From NCBI GenBank assembly GCA_965219095.1, contig CBDCMT010000001.1, forward strand, positions 544,001 through 608,000: a DNA stretch of 64,000 nucleotides, written 5' to 3'. Both the position numbers and the translations under genes were made by a program. The notes beneath the pieces were generated by a model. It searched no databases and was not told where the DNA came from. It saw only the letters and a program-made list of their open reading frames with translations. Shown in pieces: positions 57,329 to 64,000 of this stretch. Positions within the stretch are counted from its first letter, which is position 1. Every line of letters begins with the position of its first letter. The DNA comes from Bdellovibrionales bacterium (GTDB taxonomy: Bacteria > Bdellovibrionota > Bdellovibrionia > Bdellovibrionales > UBA1609).

Positions 57329-58979
57329 CTATCAAAAAGTATGTCAAGAAAAAACACTTCTCCATTTACAAAAAATATAAAAAATTTTTTTTTGCATACG
57401 GTCACGAATATTCTAATCACCTAAGAAAAAACTTCCTGCATTTCCTTTCCATTTTTTAATGACTCTTCCTTTACACATTGTAAAACAAACATATTCCTAT
57501 TATGCGTCTATCTGAACCTTTTTTAGTTTTAAATCATGAATTCCAAAGATTTAAAACTTTAGATTATAGTAAATTTCAGGAATAGAGGATGTGCTATTCG
57601 TCGAAATGAATTTTTTATAAATATCATTTTTATTAAGCTATCTATCCTCACCTCATAAAGTCATTATTTGTATTGTTACTTACTATGCAAGAAACTTTAA
57701 ACAGATGATTTTACAAGGTTGTTTTATTATTATTTACATTTTTACGTTCTTCATAAGGTTTATATTTTTTTCCAGACTTGAAAACACCTAAAGTTAAAGC
57801 TGCAATTCTTCTAGTTGGTAGCGTTTCTAGCAGTGTGTGGTGGTAAATTTTTTTTGATCAATTCTTCATAAAAATCATTAAATTCATTGTTATTTCCTAT
57901 AACTGAGAGTGCAGCTATCTTAAAAACACTTTTCATTTGTGGGCAAAACCTAGACTTCTTAGTTCCATAAGACCTTCCACTACTCATTTTATGTAGCTTT
58001 ACAAGTCCGCAGTCCACTCCACCAGGAATTACGTTTAAATCGATGAGGCACTACAACCCTGGCTACAATCTTGATAGCCTTGATAGAACCAATTCCTGGA
58101 ATGCTACTAAGATTTCTAATATCTTTGTGTTTTTTACTTAGCCTCTTAAACTCTGCTTCATAACGTGCTTTCTCCTCCCCATAAGCACTGATAGCTTTAT
58201 CTAAGCCTTCTAGAACAAATATATCTCTTCTGCCCGTTTTAATTGAGTCTGCTTCTTAGCATCAAGATGGGAAGCTCGAAACAGAGCTGATCTTTGGTTT
58301 TTAACACGAACTCCTCTTTTAACTACATCTTCATACCCACTGACAATCTTACGAAGGTAAATGAATTCATCACCTGAGTGAAAAACTGGTTTCAAAAGGC
58401 CAGAGCGTAACAATAAAACAAGTTTTTCAGCATCAATTTTATCAGTTTTAGCCCCTTCACTTAAAAGTCTGTTCCGAAGAGGATCACAGACTATGAACTC
58501 ATCAACACTATCCTTTAATTCTGAATACAACCACTATCGAAGTTGTAGTCTCTTCGATAGTCAATATCTTCTTACCTTTCAGAGTTTTTAAATAGGCACG
58601 AAGATTCCCAAGATCTGAAATCGTGTCCATAGTCTTAATATCTTTTGATTTGCCTGTCATCCTTGAAATGGCCATGTTACTTTGTGCCCAATCTACGGCT
58701 ATATAGTGATCATACATTTTATTTTCCTCCTTTGTTGGTTTGTTTATAAATAAAGTCTTGAAATCCTATTTTACATCTTTTTTTTGCTTTTTCCTTTTTT
58801 TCGAGTAAGCCTTCACAAAAATACAGGCTTAATCGAAAAAAAGGGAAAACACCCTTTGAGGCCTTAAAAAGCAGGACAGCTAAAGGGTTTAGAATTTGTT
58901 TCAACAAGTTAACCTCCTTCTGCAAGTACTTTAGGGTCACTATCATGGCTTAAACCAGTGACCTGTCTTTTTGATTTAC
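57329..58979 (-). mobile_element. IS110 family-B element; transposase pseudogene at about 57737-58717
   Basis: YIAVDW, EET, KTDKIDA..L, SIPGIG, CGL...SSG, split by about 4 frameshifts; subterminal IR ATCAAAAAG/CTTTTTGAT; TTGACA near the right end; CGT core at both junctions. Confidence 0.85.
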
Positions 58980-59143
58980 CGTTAACCAGCACGCAGATAT
59001 GAGGTTGATAGTACAGAAGACTCATTTTTGAAAAACTTTTTTGTCAATGACTTACTTTTCTTGCTTGACTGACTGGTCATCCATAAGAGTATACATACTC
59101 TTATGACTTGCCAAGAACTTTGAAACACATGATAATGAGTGGT

Positions 59144-60115
59144 ATGCAACATATCTCCTTACAAGTTTTTAAATTTCTCCAAAAAACCTTTAAAAAACAG
59201 CCTTTAGTTGTGCAGAAGCTTATAGGAGATGCGAGCTTAAGGAATTATTTTAGGCTTTCAATGAAAAAACAGACTTATATAGTTATGGTTACAGATTCTT
59301 TTTTGTCAAAGAAAGATTTATTCTTGAAAGTTCAGGACTCTTATAGAAGGGCTTTCGTTCAGGTACCTCAGATTAAAACTTACTCAGAAAAGTTAGGAGT
59401 GATTGTCTTAGAGGACTTAGGAGACAAGGCTTTAGAAATGTTCCCCCTACCTCAATATACAGATCTTTATAAAAAGGCTATTGATGAACTTATGAAGATT
59501 CACTTTAAAGTCAGTTCTAAAAGTATAGGGTATAAGACGAGTTTTGATGTCAAAACGTTTATGTGGGAGATAGATCATTCTTTAGAGTATTTTGTGAGAA
59601 AGAATATGAAAATTAATCTTGAAGATTCTTTTAAAAGAGAGATTCGAAGGGAGTTTTTAGATATCTGTTCTAAATTGTCTCTTATGTGCCACTTTCTTTG
59701 CCATAGAGATTATCACTCAAGAAACATCATGGTCTATAACGATAAGACTTTTGTAATAGATTTTCAACATTCAAGAAAAGGACCTTTGGCTTATGACATT
59801 GTAAGCCTCCTCCATGACCCTTATCATGAAATGAATTATTATATGAGAAAAAAATTTTATGACTACTTTCTTTACAGAACACAAGAGTTTTGCAATCTTT
59901 CAAAAGAAAATTTTAAATCTCAATACCACTTACAGATTTTACAAAGATGCTTTAAGATCTGTGGTAATTATGCGGCCATTTTTCACTTAAACCACAATAA
60001 CAGATATTTAAAGTACATACGGCCTTCTGTGAGAAGTCTCTGCGAAGGTTTTTATTTTCACCCCTATTATAAACATATAGGAATGTTGCTTGAACGCATC
60101 AAAGGTTTTTTATGA
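59144..60115 (+). CDS. APH-fold phosphotransferase, AmgK-like
   Basis: GDASLRNYFR, LEDLGD, HRDYHSRN, IDFQ, YDIVSLL.D; upstream of a MurU-like gene. Confidence 0.85.
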   Translation: MQHISLQVFKFLQKTFKKQPLVVQKLIGDASLRNYFRLSMKKQTYIVMVTDSFLSKKDLFLKVQDSYRRAFVQVPQIKTYSEKLGVIVLEDLGDKALEMFPLPQYTDLYKKAIDELMKIHFKVSSKSIGYKTSFDVKTFMWEIDHSLEYFVRKNMKINLEDSFKREIRREFLDICSKLSLMCHFLCHRDYHSRNIMVYNDKTFVIDFQHSRKGPLAYDIVSLLHDPYHEMNYYMRKKFYDYFLYRTQEFCNLSKENFKSQYHLQILQRCFKICGNYAAIFHLNHNNRYLKYIRPSVRSLCEGFYFHPYYKHIGMLLERIKGFL

Positions 60116-60921
60116 CGGGTATGATTTTATGTGCAGGACGGGGTGAAAGGTTTAAACCTTATACAGAGCTTCTTCCTAAACCAGCTTTACCTTTTTTAGG
60201 GGCACCTCTTATAAGCTACCCCTATCATTATTTGAAAATGTGTTCAGACCTCCATAAAATTGTGATCAATACACATCATCTTGCTTATGAAATGAAAAAA
60301 CAAGCAGAAAAGATTATTAAAGACAAAACTCTTCTTTTTTCAGAAGAAAAGGATTTACTTCTTACAGGAGGGGGGGTTGTGAAGATGGCATCTTTGGTTT
60401 TTGAAAAGAAAGATTTTCTTGTTCTCAATGGTGATTCTGTTTTTCTCCACCCTAATGTCAACTTTTTAAACACTGTTTTAGAAGTTCATAGAAGCTCTCA
60501 AGCACAGGCCACTTTAGTGATCACTTCACAACCTTATGACAAAAATACATCCTTTTCTCCAGTATGGTATGAAGCCTCTACAAAAAAAATCTCTCTTAAA
60601 AAAAAGAAAGGATTTAGTCCGGCTCTTTACATAGGAGTTATGGCTTTATCTTATTCTCTCATAAAAAAAATGCCTTCCAGAAAACCCTTTCACATCTTTC
60701 AAGAAGATTTTTTCAACGAAGAAAGTACAAAAGCTTTCTATGATCCTCAAGTCTTGTGGTTTGAGATAGGGGATTTAAAGTCTTATCTTCGCTCTAGTGT
60801 TTCTGTTTCTCAAATTTTAAAACAAAGCCCTTATCTTTTAAAAAATTTTTTATTTCAAGATGTTTTTTCTTTTTCACATTTTAAAGAGGAGGATTTTAAA
60901 TCCCTTTTACCGCAAAACTAA
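60112..60921 (+). CDS. sugar-phosphate nucleotidyltransferase, MurU-like
   Basis: MILCAGRGERFKPYT..LPKPALP, INTHH, NGDS. Confidence 0.85.
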   Translation: MTGMILCAGRGERFKPYTELLPKPALPFLGAPLISYPYHYLKMCSDLHKIVINTHHLAYEMKKQAEKIIKDKTLLFSEEKDLLLTGGGVVKMASLVFEKKDFLVLNGDSVFLHPNVNFLNTVLEVHRSSQAQATLVITSQPYDKNTSFSPVWYEASTKKISLKKKKGFSPALYIGVMALSYSLIKKMPSRKPFHIFQEDFFNEESTKAFYDPQVLWFEIGDLKSYLRSSVSVSQILKQSPYLLKNFLFQDVFSFSHFKEEDFKSLLPQN

Positions 60922-61199
60922 AGAGTTTCTTTAATTTCAAAGAAAAGAAACTCTTTTTGTTCTTCAATATGGCTGATTTCTACTTTCTCTACAACAGATG
61001 CAGGAGGACCTTGATAACTCCACTCCAGCATCTTTTTCAGAGTATTTTTGTTTTGGGATTGAATGTAGGCTTCAACAGATCCGTTCTTTCTGTTTCTCAC
61101 CCAACCTGTAACGGATAGCTCTAAGGCTTTTTCTTTCATACTATTTCTATAAAAGACCCCTTGCACCTTTCCATAAATACGCAGAAGTTTAGAGTTCAC
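60918..61199 (-). CDS. acyP: acylphosphatase
   Basis: GKVQGVFYR, GWVRN..NGSVE, GPP. Confidence 0.93.
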   Translation of the reverse strand: MNSKLLRIYGKVQGVFYRNSMKEKALELSVTGWVRNRKNGSVEAYIQSQNKNTLKKMLEWSYQGPPASVVEKVEISHIEEQKEFLFFEIKETL

Positions 61200-61659
61200 T
61201 TTTGATATCTCTTATGAGACCCTTACAGGCATCTTCTAAAATATCTAAAACTAAATCAAAACCTTCACCTCCTTTTTGATAAGGATCGGGAACTTCGTCT
61301 CTATTATGTATTTTACAGAAACTGGTCATTTTAAAAACTTTACTTTTAAATTCTTTCTTAAATGTTAGGCTTATAATATCTTCGTAGTTAGATTGATCCA
61401 TAGTGATGATTTGATCAAAAATTTCAAAATCGTTAAGAGTAAAAGCCCTTGAAAGGCTTGTAAGCTCATATCCTCTTTTCTTGCCATAACTTACGGATCT
61501 TGGATCAGGAAGTGAATTTTTATGATAAGACGAAATTCCTGCTGAGTCACAAGTTATGTGCTTTTCCAACTCCTCTTCTTGAATCATTTTTTTAAAAATA
61601 GCTTCTGCTGTAGGAGAACGGCAGATATTTCCTAAGCATACAAAAAGGATTTTTTTCAT
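61189..61659 (-). CDS. low molecular weight protein-tyrosine phosphatase
   Basis: VCLGNICRSP, DSAG, DPY. Confidence 0.93.
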   Translation of the reverse strand: MKKILFVCLGNICRSPTAEAIFKKMIQEEELEKHITCDSAGISSYHKNSLPDPRSVSYGKKRGYELTSLSRAFTLNDFEIFDQIITMDQSNYEDIISLTFKKEFKSKVFKMTSFCKIHNRDEVPDPYQKGGEGFDLVLDILEDACKGLIRDIKSEL

Positions 61660-62054
61660 GACTTTCTTTTAAAGTGAAGGGCAAGAGAATTGATGCAGTA
61701 TCTTTTCCCTGTAGGTTTAGGACCATCTGAGAAGAGATGTCCTAAATGGGCATCACAATGAACACAAAGCACTTCTATTCTTTTTCTGAAGAGAGAAAAA
61801 TCAGGTTTTGTACTAATGTTATTTTGATTATAGGCATCATAAAAACTAGGCCAACCTGTTCCAGAGTTGAATTTAGTTTCAGAAGAAAAAAGCTCTTTAT
61901 CACAACAAACACAGTGATAAAGACCTTTTTGTGAAGAAGATTCTTTTTCTGTAAAAGGTTTTTCGGTCGCTTTTTTACGTGTGATTCGAAATTGCTCTTT
62001 TGTGAGACGTTCTTTCCAATAAGATTTAGGTTTTGATTTTAAGTCTTCTGTCAT
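61656..62054 (-). CDS. msrB: methionine-R-sulfoxide reductase
   Basis: TEKPFT, SGTGWPSF, HLGHLF.DGP, RYCINS. Confidence 0.95.
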   Translation of the reverse strand: MTEDLKSKPKSYWKERLTKEQFRITRKKATEKPFTEKESSSQKGLYHCVCCDKELFSSETKFNSGTGWPSFYDAYNQNNISTKPDFSLFRKRIEVLCVHCDAHLGHLFSDGPKPTGKRYCINSLALHFKRKS

Positions 62055-62372
62055 GACTTAAGAATATACTAAAATTTATTTCTGTCAAACTGACTTCATA
62101 CATATGAGTATATAAAATAGCCTAAAAGGATTTTATGAGAAGTTCTTTTTCGTTGGAGAATAATAAGAGAAGTAATAGGATTCATTAGGGCATTTTATAC
62201 GTTATTACAATAATAAGGTACTCCTTACTCCTTAACCAGGCACATAGACTATAAATTTGACAACAAAAAACCACATTCTACAAGAAAGACTTTATAAAGT
62301 TTTTACTCTTTCCTTCTTGACAAACTGGTTCTCCCTATGAGAGCGGTTAAAAGGCCTAAGTTAATACCTTAG

Positions 62373-62921
62373 ATGTTAAGGACTTTTATGATCTATTACG
62401 AAAGACGCACCATTCATCTTTTTAAAGATGAAAAAGTTGATAAAGAACTTGTGAAGAAAGCTCTTTCTACAGCTCTTTATGCACCTAATCACTTCCATAC
62501 ACAACCTTGGTCTTTTGTTTGGTTGGGGACTAAAACAAGAAAACAGCTTGCAGAAAGAAGCTTTGAGTTAAAAAAGGACGGATCTGAAATGGTAAAGAAA
62601 AAAATTCTAGAAAAATTTATGACTCCCTCTGATTTGATTGTGCTGTTGTGCAAAAAATCATCTGATTTCCAAAGATTTTTAGAGGATTACGCTTCTGTGG
62701 CTTGTGGTGTACAGAATATAAGCCTTTTTTTATGGTCTCAAAAAATAGGGACCAAATGGTCAACAGGGACTATAACTCAAGACTATAAACTCTATGAGTT
62801 TATAGGAATTGACCCCCTACAGCACCAATCTGTAGGGTTTTTGTGGATTGGTGTGCCTAAAAAAATTCCCCCTTGCCCCCCTAAAATCTCCTTGAATTCA
62901 GTGTTGAAGTATGTTCCTTGA
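62373..62921 (+). CDS. nitroreductase family protein
   Basis: RRTIH.F, APNH..TQPW.F, ACGVQN, GTKWST. Confidence 0.88.
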   Translation: MLRTFMIYYERRTIHLFKDEKVDKELVKKALSTALYAPNHFHTQPWSFVWLGTKTRKQLAERSFELKKDGSEMVKKKILEKFMTPSDLIVLLCKKSSDFQRFLEDYASVACGVQNISLFLWSQKIGTKWSTGTITQDYKLYEFIGIDPLQHQSVGFLWIGVPKKIPPCPPKISLNSVLKYVP

Positions 62922-63077
62922 TGCAAAAAAGGATTTGAACCTTTTTTAATAAAATAGGATTGACATAGAGGAAAATCATTATACTCTATGGTTTTAAGAA
63001 AATGACAAACTTTATGGATTAAAGTTCGCATTTTTTTAGAGATCTTATTTTCTTGTGACAAAGAAAGGAGTTTGGAT

Positions 63078-63785
63078 ATGAGAGCCCTTGTTTTTGAAAA
63101 CAATAAAGTCCCCTATTTTCCTGAATCTTTAAGGCATTTCATACGTGTGCCACAAGTGATGAGTAAAATTAATGAAGTACAAAGTATTTGGAATAATCAT
63201 TTTGATTCTGAGTTCAATCTTATCAACCGCATTACTTTAGAGGGACATCTTATTTTATCTAACGAGAACTTAAGGTCTCTTCTTTTAGGGGTTGTACAAA
63301 TTGGGTTTTTTCATCGCTACATAAGCAAGAACCCTTACCCACAAGTCGTTATGGGTCAAGTCAGTGGGTTTTCTCCTATTCTATCTTGTATTAATAAAGT
63401 AAAATTTGAAGATGCTGTTTTAAGTTTTCTTAAAAAGGACGGATTTTGGAAACTATCTACTTGTGAGTTAAGTCAAGAAGAGCAGTTAAAGCAGTATGAA
63501 AAGGATGAGTTTCATATCTTTAAATTGTGTCAAAAAGATGAATCAACTTTCTACGAAAAAGTGTTTGGGGGAGAATTTCAAACGTGCATGAAACAACTGA
63601 TTGAGAAAGACAGCTTTCCTTCCTTTGTCTGGATAGGAAATCATTCTATGATAAAAAAATTAGAACATCAATTCAAGAAAGTCGATTTTAAGGATATTGT
63701 GGATTTAGAGCCAGAATTTGCTCAAGTTTATTGGAAAGACTTAAAGGAGTGCCTTGGAATTCAGCCACCTAGGTTAGATCACTAG
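63078..63785 (+). CDS. hypothetical protein
   Basis: ORF with RBS AGGAG; only a weak resemblance to degenerate FabD-like proteins. Confidence 0.55.
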   Translation: MRALVFENNKVPYFPESLRHFIRVPQVMSKINEVQSIWNNHFDSEFNLINRITLEGHLILSNENLRSLLLGVVQIGFFHRYISKNPYPQVVMGQVSGFSPILSCINKVKFEDAVLSFLKKDGFWKLSTCELSQEEQLKQYEKDEFHIFKLCQKDESTFYEKVFGGEFQTCMKQLIEKDSFPSFVWIGNHSMIKKLEHQFKKVDFKDIVDLEPEFAQVYWKDLKECLGIQPPRLDH

Positions 63786-64000
63786 TTCTTTATCCATAAG
63801 GTTTCTTCTTTGTTGCTTAAGTGATTTAAAAATCGAGCAAGAACAAATAAATAATCGCTTAAACGGTTGAGATATTTTACAAAAAATAGATTTTCTAAAT
63901 TTTCTTCTGATAATAAAACTACAACATGTCTCTCAGCTCTTCTACAAATAGTACGAGTTTGATGGGCTAAAGAGGCCGACATACAACCTCCAGGTAAAAT
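63782..64000 (-). CDS. PduO-type cob(I)alamin adenosyltransferase, 3' part
   Basis: LPGG..AH..RTICRRAER, YLNRLSDYLFVLAR. Confidence 0.9.
   Translation of the reverse strand: MLPGGCMSASLAHQTRTICRRAERHVVVLLSEENLENLFFVKYLNRLSDYLFVLARFLNHLSNKEETLWIKN

Larger units (their letters stand above)
55919..59085 (+). mobile_element. IS110 family-A (IS1111-like) element filled with nested IS debris
   Basis: 13-bp IRs TATGGATGACCAG (55919) / CTGGTCATCCATA (59073-59085); transposase start 56045 MKNIMYIGLDVD (DEDD RuvC-like N-terminus); TTGACT near the right end. Confidence 0.7.

Noticed and set aside
62323..62360. preQ1-like riboswitch (CTGGTTC...TAAAA)
   Set aside because: P1 pairing and the A-rich tail do not fit, and it is not upstream of que genes.

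Overview
AT-rich bacterial chromosome window. Gene content and order suggest a Bdellovibrionota/Oligoflexia-like organism (inference): mreCD-mrdA-rodA without mreB, ileS-lspA-lgt, hbd-icmF, rnc-era-der, nadE, orn, spoVG, aspS, an rpoH-like sigma factor and amgK/murU-like genes. Intact housekeeping operons alternate with IS-rich patches. These hold intact IS256 and ISL3 elements, two frameshifted IS66 copies, and fragments of IS5, IS3, IS630, IS1634 and two IS110 families (A and B). Main observations: (1) an IS110 family-B element inserted cleanly, with a CGT core repeated, into the conserved 3' non-coding (candidate bridge-RNA) region of family A. The empty site is visible at 30.45 kb, and ends of the two families sit together at four loci. 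(2) Two AAA+/DUF4143 ATPase-nuclease genes next to a broken hsdM, each preceded by a 110-bp repeat and followed by a family-B left-end hairpin, one copy of which shows a compensatory base change. (3) IS elements repeatedly collapsed into 38-80 bp hairpin scars or MITEs, often at microhomologies. (4) A secreted Cys-rich protein with a Gly/Leu tandem repeat. No rRNA, tRNA or CRISPR array was seen. All calls come from reading the sequence; no database searches were run.
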